A DNA stretch of 64,000 nt, from positions 1,664,001-1,728,000 of the forward strand of contig CAVYXA010000001.1 of the NCBI GenBank assembly GCA_963772365.1. Direction: 5' to 3'. A program made the position numbers and the translations under genes. Shown piece by piece: positions 52,402-62,458 of the stretch; the stretch's first letter is position 1; each line of letters opens with the position of its first letter. A model generated the notes under the pieces. It searched no databases and was not told where the DNA came from. It was given only the letters and a program-made list of their open reading frames with translations. Source of the stretch: an uncultured Verrucomicrobiae bacterium. GTDB lineage: Bacteria; Verrucomicrobiota; Verrucomicrobiia; Chthoniobacterales; UBA10450.

Positions 52402-53304
52402 ATGTCAGCCGATTCTGTGAAACTGATCGAATGCCCGCGCGACGCATGGCAGGGTCTCCCGCGACAGATCCCGACCGAACTGAAAGTTCGATATCTCCAG
52501 GCGTTAATCGATGCCGGTTTCCGGCACATCGACGCAGTGAGCTTTGTCTCGCCGAAAGCGGTTCCGCAGATGACTGACAGCGAGGAAGTGCTCAAGCAAC
52601 TCGATTCGACGAATGGGAAGCTGTCAGCTTCCCCTACAGATCAAGCTGTGGAGATTATCGGCATCGCAGTGAATGAAAAGGGCGCAGACCGCGCAATTGC
52701 GACCGGGCGGGTGACGACGCTGGGCTATCCCTGCTCGATATCCGTAACATTTCTGCGCCGAAATCAAAATCAGACCGTTGAAGGAAACTTCAGGATCCTC
52801 GACGCAATCAAAAAACAGGCTGACGAAGCCAGGATCGACATGGTCGTTTACATCTCGATGGCGTTCGGGAATCCGTATGGCGATCCATGGAACGAAGCGG
52901 AGCTGAAGATCATGTTACAGCGAATCGCGGGACGCGGAGTTGGCGCGATCTCGCTCGCTGATACCGTTGGAGTGGCTGATCCGGAGTTAATCAAGCGAGT
53001 TGTTGGCGCGAGCAGGATCGACAATTTCGAAGTCGGTGTCCATTTGCACAGCACACGCGCCACTGCCGACGAAAAAATTCTCGCGGCGTATGATGCTGGT
53101 TGTCGTCGGTTTGATTCGGCGATGGGAGGTCTGGGAGGTTGCCCTTTTGCTCAGGACACGCTGGTCGGAAATGTCCCCACGGAAAGCGTAATCGAAGCCC
53201 TGGAAAAACGCGGTGTAAATCTCTCGATTCGAAATTCGCTCGGAAATGTCATCGCATTGAATGCCGAAATCGGCAGCAGATTTGCGAATGGAACAACGAA
53301 GTAG
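52402..53304 (+). CDS. Hydroxymethylglutaryl-CoA lyase
   Basis: ECPRDAWQ, SFVSPK.VPQM, DTVG, HLH and GGCPFA motifs. Confidence 0.92.
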   Translation: MSADSVKLIECPRDAWQGLPRQIPTELKVRYLQALIDAGFRHIDAVSFVSPKAVPQMTDSEEVLKQLDSTNGKLSASPTDQAVEIIGIAVNEKGADRAIATGRVTTLGYPCSISVTFLRRNQNQTVEGNFRILDAIKKQADEARIDMVVYISMAFGNPYGDPWNEAELKIMLQRIAGRGVGAISLADTVGVADPELIKRVVGASRIDNFEVGVHLHSTRATADEKILAAYDAGCRRFDSAMGGLGGCPFAQDTLVGNVPTESVIEALEKRGVNLSIRNSLGNVIALNAEIGSRFANGTTK

Positions 53305-53312
53305 CGCCGTCT

Positions 53313-54512
53313 TCACAGAAGCTGCGCATAAAGATTTTTCGTTTTCTGGGCGATGGCGGTCCAACTGAAGTTTTCTTCGGCGCGTTTGCGGCCGGCTTTC
53401 CCGAATTTTTCCCGCAATTCTCGATCCCGCATTAGTTGATTGATGCGACTCGCGAGGTCGCGGGCGAACTTTTCCGGATTCGTGGGCGCGAATGGACTTT
53501 CTTTCATTTGCTCGAGCGGAACCAGAAACCCGGTCTCACCATCGACTACGACTTCCTTGATCCCTCCCACCGCGGAGGCGACCACGGCCGTCTCGCAAGC
53601 CATCGCTTCCAGATTGATGATGCCGAAGGGTTCGTAAATCGATGGGCAGCAGAAGACTGCCGCGTGCGAGTAAAGCTCACACGTTGTTTTTCGATCCACC
53701 ATTTCATCAATCCAAATAATCCCGGGCCGTTGACTCTTCGCGCGAGCGACGGCGGTTTTCATTTCCTGCGCGATCTCGGGCGTGTCTGGCGCAGCGGCGC
53801 AAAGGACGATCTGAAAGTCGGAGTCCATGAATTGGACCGCGTCTATTAGATTGATGATCCCTTTCTGTCGCGTGATCCGGCCGACGAACAGCAAATACGG
53901 TTTGGCTGGATCAATCTCATATCGTCGGAGCGCTTCGGTGGAACCGACTTTGCGGTATTCAGCGAGATCGATCCCGTTATGGATCACGTGGACCCGCGCA
54001 GGATCGACATCGAACAAGCGCTCAATGTCGCGTTTGGTTTCGTGGGAAACGGCAATGATTGCGTCCGCCATTTCCAGCGCCGTTTTCTCGATCCACAGGG
54101 AAAAATCGTAACCGCCGCCGAGTTGCTCCCGTTTCCACGGACGCAGTGGCTCGAGCGAATGCACTGTGATAACGAGAGGAATCCCGTAGTTCTTTCTCGC
54201 CAGAACCCCGCCGAAATGGCTGTACCACGTGTGACAATGGACCAGATCGGCATCGATATTGTTCGTATTGAAATCAACGCAGCGTTGAACGGCGCCAAAT
54301 ACGGAACGTAGCGGTTCGGGACAGGTGAAGTCAGTGGTGTCGAGCTGGAAGCCGGTGACTCTAAGTTTGCCTTTCTCGAAACGCTGATCGCCGAAGCATC
54401 GGACTTCCACCGGCATGGTCTTGGCCAACTCACGCGACAGATAATCGACATGGACGCCCGCACCGCCATAGATGTGCGGCGGATATTCGTTGGTGAGGAA
54501 CAGAACTTTCAC
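53313..54512 (-). CDS. glgA: GT4 glycogen synthase / maltose-1-phosphate synthase (actinobacterial GlgA/GlgM type)
   Basis: EYPP..YGGAGVHV, HTWY, HSLEPLRPWK.EQLGGGY and EPFGIINLEAMAC motifs. Confidence 0.9.
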   Translation of the reverse strand: MKVLFLTNEYPPHIYGGAGVHVDYLSRELAKTMPVEVRCFGDQRFEKGKLRVTGFQLDTTDFTCPEPLRSVFGAVQRCVDFNTNNIDADLVHCHTWYSHFGGVLARKNYGIPLVITVHSLEPLRPWKREQLGGGYDFSLWIEKTALEMADAIIAVSHETKRDIERLFDVDPARVHVIHNGIDLAEYRKVGSTEALRRYEIDPAKPYLLFVGRITRQKGIINLIDAVQFMDSDFQIVLCAAAPDTPEIAQEMKTAVARAKSQRPGIIWIDEMVDRKTTCELYSHAAVFCCPSIYEPFGIINLEAMACETAVVASAVGGIKEVVVDGETGFLVPLEQMKESPFAPTNPEKFARDLASRINQLMRDRELREKFGKAGRKRAEENFSWTAIAQKTKNLYAQLL

Positions 54513-54534
54513 GGCCTAGATCCCGGCGTTGGAG

Positions 54535-54960
54535 TTAATTTTTCACTTTGAGGAGCAACACCGGCACATCGACGCCATGACGGACTTTATCGGCGGTGGC
54601 GCCGTAGAGAATATCGCTAATGAACCGATGACCGTGCGTGGTCATCGCGATAAGATCGACATCTTTTTCCTCGGTAAGCTTGATGATTTCATCGGAAGGC
54701 TCGCCGAGAGCAAGAACGGCATGGCAGGGAAAACCTTCGCTGGTCAATTCCTGGCTGCGCTTTTCCAGGTAAACGCGGTCGGCTTTCATTTCCTCGCTTT
54801 CGGCCAGCTTGAGCTGGTTGAAATTGCGCGCTACCCAACCATCGGAGACGTGAACGAGGAGCAGCTTCGCGCCGGTCATTCTGGCCAGCGGTTTGATGTG
54901 GGTGAGGATCGTTTCATCAGCCGGCGTATTTTCCAATGGAATTAGAATATGGTGATACAT
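54535..54960 (-). CDS. Universal stress protein
   Basis: MYHHILIP, G.P..EI and DLIAM..HGH....G..A..V motifs. Confidence 0.88.
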   Translation of the reverse strand: MYHHILIPLENTPADETILTHIKPLARMTGAKLLLVHVSDGWVARNFNQLKLAESEEMKADRVYLEKRSQELTSEGFPCHAVLALGEPSDEIIKLTEEKDVDLIAMTTHGHRFISDILYGATADKVRHGVDVPVLLLKVKN

Positions 54961-55012
54961 GGCTTCGCCGTCCTGATCCGTTAAAATCGTTACATCGTTA
55001 AATCGGGAAGAT

Positions 55013-56410
55013 TCATTCTGGCATTGGCAGCCCGAAGGCACCGTAAATTGTTTTCAAAACTGAAACCGGCAAGAACGTATCGAGGAGCAGTTTCACGTTT
55101 AAGAGAATAATAACTCCGGCAGTCGTCCAGCCGAGGATTTTTATCCAAAGAGCGTTGGTGAACTCACCCATCTTTGATTTTTCACCGGTGAACCGCATTA
55201 ACGGCCAGACTGCAAATCCGAGCTGCATGCTGAGCACAACCTGGCTGGCCACGAGCAATTCGGTCGTCTTGCTTTCGCCAAACATGCCGATCACCAGCAC
55301 CGCGGGAATGATTGCAATCAGACGCGTAATCAGCCGACGCAACCAGGGAGTGATCCGGAAATTGAGAAAACCTTCCATGACAATCTGGCCGGCCAGCGTT
55401 CCGGTGAGAGTGGAATTTTGTCCGGAAGCGAGCAGGGCCACCGCGAACAGAACACTCGCCATGCCCATACCCAGCAACGGGCTGAGCAATTTATAAGCTT
55501 CCTGAATCTCGGCCACGTTCTGGTGCCCCGACCAGTGGAAAACAGCGGCCGAGAGAATGAGAATGGCCGCGTTAATGAACAACGCGAACATGAGCGCAGC
55601 GCTCGAATCGATGGTAGCGAACTTGATCGCTTCGCGACTGCCGGCCGGCGTCTGCTCGAATTTGCGCGTCTGCACAATCGAAGAATGCAGATACAAATTA
55701 TGCGGCATCACCGTGGCTCCCAGGATTCCGATGCTGATGTAGAGCATGCCCTGATCAGTGACGATGTGTGGGCTGGGAATAAACCCGAGCAGAACCTCTC
55801 CAGGGTTCGGCCTCGAGAAAGCGATTTCCGCTGCGAAACAAACACCAATGGTGGCAATGAGCGTGATAACAATCGCTTCGATATACCGAAATCCTTTGCT
55901 TTGCAGATACAGCACCAGCAACACATCCGAAGCAGTGATGAGACAGCCCCAGACCAGCGGAATACGAAAAAGGAGTTGTAATCCAATGGCCGACCCCACC
56001 ACTTCAGCTAGATCACAGGCGGCGATCGCCACTTCGCACAGGATCCAGAGAAACCAGACTGTCGGGGTCGCATAATGGTCCCGACAGGCCTGCGCGAGAT
56101 CGCGACCAGTAGCCACGCCCAGTTTGATGCACAAATGCTGGAGCAAAATGGCCATCAGATTGGAAATCATGATGATTGCGAGCAGCGAGTAACCGAAGCG
56201 CGCGCCGCCCGCCAGATCCGTCGCCCAATTGCCCGGGTCCATGTAACCGACTGCCACGAGAAATCCGGGACCCGAGAAAGCGATCAATTTCCTCCAAAAC
56301 GATGCGGTGGTCGGCACGATGATGGTCCGATGAACTTCTGGAAGTGAGACCTGACCGCCGGTTCGGCGCCAGGCCAGCCGAGATTCCGTTACCGGAGCGA
56401 TGGGATCCAT
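55013..56410 (-). CDS. mntH: Nramp Mn2+/Fe2+ transporter
   Basis: GYMDPGNW, GATVMPHNLYLHS and GTLAGQIVMEG motifs. Confidence 0.96.
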   Translation of the reverse strand: MDPIAPVTESRLAWRRTGGQVSLPEVHRTIIVPTTASFWRKLIAFSGPGFLVAVGYMDPGNWATDLAGGARFGYSLLAIIMISNLMAILLQHLCIKLGVATGRDLAQACRDHYATPTVWFLWILCEVAIAACDLAEVVGSAIGLQLLFRIPLVWGCLITASDVLLVLYLQSKGFRYIEAIVITLIATIGVCFAAEIAFSRPNPGEVLLGFIPSPHIVTDQGMLYISIGILGATVMPHNLYLHSSIVQTRKFEQTPAGSREAIKFATIDSSAALMFALFINAAILILSAAVFHWSGHQNVAEIQEAYKLLSPLLGMGMASVLFAVALLASGQNSTLTGTLAGQIVMEGFLNFRITPWLRRLITRLIAIIPAVLVIGMFGESKTTELLVASQVVLSMQLGFAVWPLMRFTGEKSKMGEFTNALWIKILGWTTAGVIILLNVKLLLDTFLPVSVLKTIYGAFGLPMPE

Positions 56411-56421
56411 TATGGTTCAAG

Positions 56422-56439
56422 ATTTAGGCCAGGCTAATT
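56422..56439. promoter_or_regulatory. Candidate DtxR/MntR operator between divergent mntH and mntR
   Basis: ATTTAGGCCAGGCTAATT near-palindrome resembling DtxR-family TTAGG/CCTAA boxes, 12 bp upstream of the mntH start. Confidence 0.6.
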
Positions 56440-56521
56440 TAGTTAAGCTCTTATATTATTCTGTCAATCTTCAATTATTTATTGCTTTGACTATCCAGAG
56501 TGAGATTCTATTTTCACCGGC

Positions 56522-56962
56522 GTGCCAGGAAAAAAGAGCTCTCAATCCGCTCTCGGCAGCTCAGCGGCGGTCGAGGACTATCTGGAACGAATCCTTGAGT
56601 TGATTAACTCGAAGGGTTACGCCCGCGTCGTGGATATCGCTACCGCTTTGAACATTTCCCAGGCCAGCGTGACCAACATGGTTCAACGACTCGATGCTGA
56701 GGGACTATTGAAATACGAAAAGTATCGTGGCTTGATTTTGACCGCAGCCGGCAAAGGGCTGGCCCAAAAAATTGCTCATCGTCACAAGCTTCTCACCGAT
56801 TTTCTTACGCTCCTCGGGCTCGACGAGCGCGTGATCAATCATGATGTCGAAGGAATGGAACATCACATCAGCGCGTCCACTGTTCGGGCGATCGAGGCGC
56901 TCACTGCACAATTACGTCGAAGACCAGCCCTTCTCGCGGAATTGGAAGCTGCGCGGGCGTAG
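56522..56962 (+). CDS. mntR: DtxR-family metal-dependent repressor
   Basis: EDYLE, DIA..L..SQASVT.M, RH..L..FL and EGMEH motifs. Confidence 0.9.
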   Translation: MPGKKSSQSALGSSAAVEDYLERILELINSKGYARVVDIATALNISQASVTNMVQRLDAEGLLKYEKYRGLILTAAGKGLAQKIAHRHKLLTDFLTLLGLDERVINHDVEGMEHHISASTVRAIEALTAQLRRRPALLAELEAARA

Positions 56963-57013
56963 TGATTCTGAACTGTGACGCGCCGCGTGGGCGCTCGCAA
57001 ACGCGGGTTCCAT

Positions 57014-57196
57014 TCAGGCCGAAATCTGAAGATCGACAATCGCTCCCGGCTGGCAATTCACGAAGAGATTGATCGGCCGACAGCAGACGGAGCAATCCTC
57101 GATCAAAGTCTGTTCCGGCTGGGAGGTATCGATCTGAATCTGAAAAACCTCTCCGCAATGAGGACAGGCAACGTCCGCTTCAAGAACCAGTTCCAC
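57014..57196 (-). CDS. CPXCG-motif cysteine-rich protein
   Basis: CPHCGE...EDCSVCCRPI. Confidence 0.8.
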   Translation of the reverse strand: MELVLEADVACPHCGEVFQIQIDTSQPEQTLIEDCSVCCRPINLFVNCQPGAIVDLQISA

Positions 57197-57265
57197 CTGC
57201 AACCGAGGAAGTCGCTCGTCGCGCCGCGACGTTCTAATCGCGGCGCACGGCATGTGATTTCTGGA

Positions 57266-57709
57266 TTATTTCAGCGTGATTTCGCGCATCAATTTGTTGC
57301 CCATGATCTGGCGAATATCGAGGCGCTTTACCGCTGTGGCCCGTTGTTGATCGACGGTGCCTTCAATCTTTTTGGAGATGGGATCGAATTTTTCGCGCGC
57401 ATTATCGAACGCGGCCATGTTTTTCGATTCCACCATGAGCAGGATATCGAAATCCTCCGGACTCGCAGCATCGCCGATGAGGATTTTGTAATCGAGGATG
57501 AGTCCCTGCTTTTTCGCTTCATCCAACGTGCCTTTGAAGGTTTTCGCCAGACCCTTGAGGTAATCATCGGTCATCCCGTACTTCGTTTTGACCATGGTGA
57601 TTTGCCAAACCGAGCCTTCCGTATAAGGCGCGTCGGTTTGGGCGGAACAAATGCCCGACCACGCGGTGAATAAGGCCGTAGCAATTGCCAATGTGAGATA
57701 CTGCTTCAT
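57266..57709 (-). CDS. Secreted hypothetical protein
   Basis: Signal peptide; Y..GSVW...GLILDYK. Confidence 0.7.
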   Translation of the reverse strand: MKQYLTLAIATALFTAWSGICSAQTDAPYTEGSVWQITMVKTKYGMTDDYLKGLAKTFKGTLDEAKKQGLILDYKILIGDAASPEDFDILLMVESKNMAAFDNAREKFDPISKKIEGTVDQQRATAVKRLDIRQIMGNKLMREITLK

Positions 57710-57854
57710 TTGATCTTTTCTTTCTTGGTTCGAACGATTCGGTATTAAATCGTTAGCGCCGAGTGTGAGAGGGGCCCAGTGCGAGTCAATACAAATCCTT
57801 TCCCTACCGAAAACGCAGCTTGAACTAACGCGGACTATGTGCAGGATGCACCCC

Positions 57855-58316
57855 ATGAAATTTCTTTTCTCGCTCTTTACTGTCGCGCTGCTCCTTGTTC
57901 CTCCTGCCGTTACCCGTGCTGATGACGCCCATCATCGCCAGGCCGCTGAATCCCTCCTGACCCTTATGGGAATGGAAAAGCAGTTTAGCCAGTTAGTCGA
58001 TCAAATGCTGCAAGTGCAGGTGCAGCAAAACCCGGCGATCGCCCCCTACGAGAAAGAGATGCGCGATTTCCTCAACAAATACATGAGCTGGCCGAGCCTG
58101 AAGGAAGACATGATCAAGGTCTACGTAGAACAGTTCACGGAAGCGGAGTTAAAGCAGTTGGCGGATTTTTATCGGACGCCGATAGGGCAGAAGATGGTGC
58201 GCATCATGCCCACGCTGGTAGCGAAGGGAGCAGAGATAGGCCAAAAGCGCGTACAGGAACATCTCCCGGAATTACAGGCAGCGATTCAAGCCAAATCCGG
58301 AGCCTCACCGCGGTAG
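57855..58316 (+). CDS. DUF2059 domain secreted protein
   Basis: Y...FTEAEL..L..FY.TP.GQK motif. Confidence 0.85.
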   Translation: MKFLFSLFTVALLLVPPAVTRADDAHHRQAAESLLTLMGMEKQFSQLVDQMLQVQVQQNPAIAPYEKEMRDFLNKYMSWPSLKEDMIKVYVEQFTEAELKQLADFYRTPIGQKMVRIMPTLVAKGAEIGQKRVQEHLPELQAAIQAKSGASPR

Positions 58317-58361
58317 CCAAGGCACAGATTGCAATTCGCCTTCGCTTCGCGGCGCGATCCT

Positions 58362-59978
58362 TCAGCGTAGCGCACCAACATTGGATTTGACGATCGCCGT
58401 GTCGGTGGCGTTGATGACACCACTGGCATTGATATCCGAGCGGAAATTCATCGCATCGAGCGGTTGACCGATATGCGACTTGCACAACGTGACATCGGAA
58501 GCGTTGACTTGGCCATTTCCATTGACATCACCGATTCGGACGCCCATCGGGATCATAACCGCGCCCTGGGTCGATCCATCATCCACATTGAAAAGCGTGA
58601 CCTGGACTGTGATCATGCCGGTGCCACCGGCCACACTTGTTAGTGGAATTGTGACCATATTACCGTTTACAGTAACCATGCCGCCGTTGCTCACTCCACC
58701 AGTTCCCACAATCCCCGGTCCAGCTGTTACCTGAGCCTGTGGATTTCCATTCACAGTGACTGGGCCGGCAAAGGTCAGCACCATCTGGTAATCATTCGTA
58801 GCGCCGCCGCTGCGACATTCGATTCCAACCGGACCAGTCAGCGGCAGATCGATATCGAAATCACCCGCAGCGCCGTGGATTTTTCGGGAAACGGCTCCGG
58901 TCGGAGTCGGCCCGATCGGCAACATGGCGTAGGCATGAACTGCGCCGTTGTAAACGCCGGTGCCAACGATGATGCCGGTATCGCTAATGCCAAGCGCCGA
59001 CGAGGAAGTATTCATCGACAGGTCCCATCCGTTTCCGATCGGAATCAAATCCGCGAGGCGATACGTGGTCGTCCCGTCATAGAGGAACGGAATTGAAAAC
59101 GCTGAGGAATCATTGCCGACCACCCAACCATCCGAGTTGACCGCGCGTGCGGATCCCTGGCTCGTGCCGGACGCCAGTGGAATCGGCTGGATGCCGTTTG
59201 CGTCCGACCAGATGAACGGCAGACCCGAGCCCTGATTCAGCATGCTCGATCCAACAACATGACCCGCGTTACTCACGCCGAACGCGAGGGCGCCGTTCAT
59301 CCCTGGCAATGCACCGACTTCGAAAGCCATGCTCTGGCCCATGTCATAAACGATACCAACATTTCGGGCGGCGTTGTTCGGATCGATCCCCTGCCCGGCA
59401 ATTCGGCCCGAATTATTGATGCCGAACGCGGTAAGAAAATAACTTCCGCCTGATGTCGTTTGCGTGATCACCGCAGCGCTCCCGCCGCTATAGATCACGC
59501 CGCGTTGCAGACTTCCGGCGTTAACCGAGCCGACTGCGATGCCTGATGCATTGACGCTATTTGCATCTCCCAATGTTTCACCCGCAGGCAAAGGAAGTTG
59601 CGATACGACGCCGTTCTGCCAAACGACAGGCAAGCGGCCGGAGCCGAATGATGTTGTCGATCCTGTCCCTACAACAGTGCCGCTGTCGTTCGCGCTATTC
59701 GAAACGCAATAACTGCGACTGGATAAGTTCGGCAGACCGACGATTCCTCCGCCGAGAGTCCACGTAAATGCTTGTGTGCCGCCGCTGCGAAATGAGCGTC
59801 CAACGCCGATTCCGGCCGGAGAGACGCCAAATCCCTGCGATGCGCTGTCGCCAGCTTGAACCAGGCCGATGTCGTAAATCTGGTATTGCGGCGTGCCGCC
59901 AAAGGCGTTTGGCGAAGCGGCGAAGATTGCGCAAACGAGAGAGCAAAACAAGATGGAGATAGCGGATTGAATTTTCAT
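58362..59978 (-). CDS. Secreted HAF-repeat-like protein with C-terminal dockerin-like module
   Basis: Signal peptide; A.(G/S)(V/I)N..G.(V/I)VG repeats; GDVNGNG.VN..D and DINASG.IN..D motifs. Confidence 0.75.
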   Translation of the reverse strand: MKIQSAISILFCSLVCAIFAASPNAFGGTPQYQIYDIGLVQAGDSASQGFGVSPAGIGVGRSFRSGGTQAFTWTLGGGIVGLPNLSSRSYCVSNSANDSGTVVGTGSTTSFGSGRLPVVWQNGVVSQLPLPAGETLGDANSVNASGIAVGSVNAGSLQRGVIYSGGSAAVITQTTSGGSYFLTAFGINNSGRIAGQGIDPNNAARNVGIVYDMGQSMAFEVGALPGMNGALAFGVSNAGHVVGSSMLNQGSGLPFIWSDANGIQPIPLASGTSQGSARAVNSDGWVVGNDSSAFSIPFLYDGTTTYRLADLIPIGNGWDLSMNTSSSALGISDTGIIVGTGVYNGAVHAYAMLPIGPTPTGAVSRKIHGAAGDFDIDLPLTGPVGIECRSGGATNDYQMVLTFAGPVTVNGNPQAQVTAGPGIVGTGGVSNGGMVTVNGNMVTIPLTSVAGGTGMITVQVTLFNVDDGSTQGAVMIPMGVRIGDVNGNGQVNASDVTLCKSHIGQPLDAMNFRSDINASGVINATDTAIVKSNVGALR

Positions 59979-60128
59979 GTGCGGAATTCCAGTCGAGTGA
60001 AAGATTGTATCCAGCTTTGAGAAAACCTTCCAAGCTTTTCCCGCCCGGACTCGGCAGCAAACCAGGCTCCGGGACTCTCCATCCTTTCTTGTCACTCGAT
60101 TGCGACTGTGGGAATCTTGCCTCCCGCC

Positions 60129-61193
60129 ATGCCGCGATTGCATCGACAAGATTACCGGGACATCGAACGAATCATCGAGTTTGATTTTGTCCGCGCGACA
60201 GAAGCCGCTGCGCTCAATTCCCTGCGGTGGCTCGGGCGCGGCGACAAGGAGGCGGCAGACGCTGCGGCCTGCGACGCCATGCGAGGAATGTTCGATTTGA
60301 TGAACATCTGTGGCGAGGTTGTTATCGGTGAAGGAATCAAAGACGAAGCTCCCGGGATTTTTAAAGGCGAACAACTTGGGACCTGGTTACCAGGCGCACC
60401 GCAGTTCGATATCGCCATCGATCCAATCGATGGCACCACTAACATCTCCAAGGGCGCGCCAAATTCGATCAGTTGTATCGCGGCAGCCAGCCCGGAAGAA
60501 GGAGTGAAAGTCGCTTTGCGAGACGTCCCCAGCTTTTACATGTCGAAGCTGGCCTACGGACCACGGGTGCTCGAATACATGAAAAAACGCGGTGATTCGC
60601 TTAACCTGGACGCGCCGATCGCCGAGACTCTGGCAATAGTTGCCCGCGCTTTGGAGAAACGGGTCCAGGATATCGTGGTGATGATGCTGGATCGACCACG
60701 GCACAAGGAAATTGTCGAACAGATTCGCGCGGCCGGCGCATCGTTACGTATGATCGGGGACGGCGATATCGCTGCGGCCATGGCGCCATCATTACCGGAG
60801 AGCAATGTCGATCTTTACATGGGCATCGGTGGTTCACCCGAAGCCGTATTGGCCGCGGCCGGGATCAAATGTCTCGGGGGAGAAATGCAGTGCAAGATGT
60901 GGCCACGTGACGAAAAAGAGAAAAAGAAGTTGATCGACGAAGGCTGGAAAAAAGATCTCGATTGCATCTATTGGGCCGACGACCTGGCTAATGGCCAGAA
61001 CATCGTTTTCTGCGCCACCGGAATTAGCGACAGCGCCCTTCTACGCGGAGTAAAAGGAATGGGAACAAAAGCCGTTACCCATTCCATTTTGATGCGAGCC
61101 AAAAGCAAGACCGTGCGTTTCATCCGCGCCCTGCACGATTTGCAAACCAAGACAATCCGGTTGCGTTCCGATAAAAGGGAACACTTGCTTTGA
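60129..61193 (+). CDS. glpX: Fructose-1,6-bisphosphatase class II
   Basis: RATEAAA, ADAAA, VIGEG, DPIDGT, DGD and GGSPE motifs. Confidence 0.95.
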   Translation: MPRLHRQDYRDIERIIEFDFVRATEAAALNSLRWLGRGDKEAADAAACDAMRGMFDLMNICGEVVIGEGIKDEAPGIFKGEQLGTWLPGAPQFDIAIDPIDGTTNISKGAPNSISCIAAASPEEGVKVALRDVPSFYMSKLAYGPRVLEYMKKRGDSLNLDAPIAETLAIVARALEKRVQDIVVMMLDRPRHKEIVEQIRAAGASLRMIGDGDIAAAMAPSLPESNVDLYMGIGGSPEAVLAAAGIKCLGGEMQCKMWPRDEKEKKKLIDEGWKKDLDCIYWADDLANGQNIVFCATGISDSALLRGVKGMGTKAVTHSILMRAKSKTVRFIRALHDLQTKTIRLRSDKREHLL

Positions 61194-61206
61194 GGAAGCC
61201 GCGGTA

Positions 61207-62085
61207 GTGTTTGTTCATTGTCAGGTCGGGGAGGCGAATTCCACAACCCTCACCTGGCGGCGAAATCGATTACGATACACCTACGACCGGGCCTCCAACG
61301 TGAAGAAGCGGATGAATTACAAGAACGGCTCGTTTGTCAATTACACTTACGACACCGCCGATCGGATGAGCGATCTGGACATTTATCTCTCGGCATCGGT
61401 CCGGTTCTCGCATGAGCATTTTACGCTGGACAATATGAACCGGCTCACCGCCGTCGCCCATACCCAGGGCAACACCACCAACGATTCATACAGCTATTAC
61501 GCGGATGGCCAATTGCACACTGCCGCCTACGGCTGGACCACACGGGGGTTCACCTACAATCTGGATGCCGCGGGTAATCGCACCAGTGTGATCGATCAGG
61601 GCGTGACCAAGAATTATACCCCGAATGCGCTCAACCAATACACCGCTGCCGGGACAGACGCGGTGGCCAACGGAAACGTCCACGAGATCTCGACCTACAA
61701 GGGTGTGCTTTACAAATATTATGGCGACACCTGGCTTTCTTCAGCCACTGCTTTGGTCAACAATGTCTCCACCAAGTACGAGCTGTTCTACGATGCACTG
61801 GGCCGATGCGTGGAGCACAAGACCACCGTCGGAACAAACAATCCCACGAAGAATTATTATCTGTTCGATGGGGAGCATTGGACGGTGGAATACGAGACCA
61901 ACGGCTCGACGATCAAGAGCACGATGGTCTATGGCCTCGGGATCGATGAAGTGATCGCCCGCGCGATTGCCGGTGGTCAATACTTCCTGCCGGATCGCAA
62001 TGCCAATATCGCGGTAGTCACCGACATTACCGCGGCGGTGCTGGAGTCGTATCGCTATGACGCATTCGGCTTGCCGTCAGGATAG
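61207..62085 (+). pseudogene. Rhs/YD-repeat core fragment, truncated at both ends
   Basis: YTYD..., Y.LDAAGNR, N.LNQY, YDALGR, YG.GIDE and YRYDAFG repeats; stops before the conserved core end, at the repeat at 62080. Confidence 0.8.
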
Positions 62086-62143
62086 AAAGATAGGGGTCAG
62101 GCATCAATTCTGGATAGAAAGATAGGGGTCAGGCATCAATTCT
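62080..62143 (+). repeat. Perfect 32-bp tandem duplication covering the element left end
   Basis: GGATAGAAAGATAGGGGTCAGGCATCAATTCT at 62080-62111 and 62112-62143. Confidence 0.9.
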
Positions 62144-62416
62144 TGACAAGTAGCACTGGTGGGGTAAAAGAGCGGCTGTGGCCCGTAGTATTTGCATCGA
62201 ATATCCGGGGGGTGCCCGCAAGGTTTGTATTGCAAAGGTGATTTGGGAGCAGACGGTGGTGTCACAAAAATGGTTGGCGGACCGACTTGGAATGAAGAGC
62301 GCAGCGAACGTGAGCCAGCAGCTGCGTCGGCACCGGCCAAAATCGAAGCGATCGGATATCCCGGCTTCACTGCATAAATGGCTCTCTTTAGTCAAGAATT
62401 GATGCCTGACCCCTAT
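62122..62416 (+). mobile_element. Miniature element 1: internally deleted Y1/RAYT-like transposase element with 26-bp inverted ends
   Basis: ATAGGGGTCAGGCATCAATTCTTGAC and its exact reverse complement at 62391-62416; ORF 62178-62402 fuses MARSICIEYPG to the C-terminus RKVCIAKVIW...SAANVSQQLRR. Confidence 0.85.
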
Positions 62417-62458
62417 TCCTATTCCCCTATTCCTATTCCCTATTCTATTCCATCGCCA

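Noticed and set aside
59979..60374. Extended N-terminus of the 670-aa ORF
   Set aside because: It overlaps glpX antisense; the signal peptide begins at ATG 59978
62378..62458. N-terminal extension MALFSQELMPDPYSYSPIPIPYSIP of the 62378 ORF
   Set aside because: It is a translation of the element end and stutter tract; the likely start is ATG 62459
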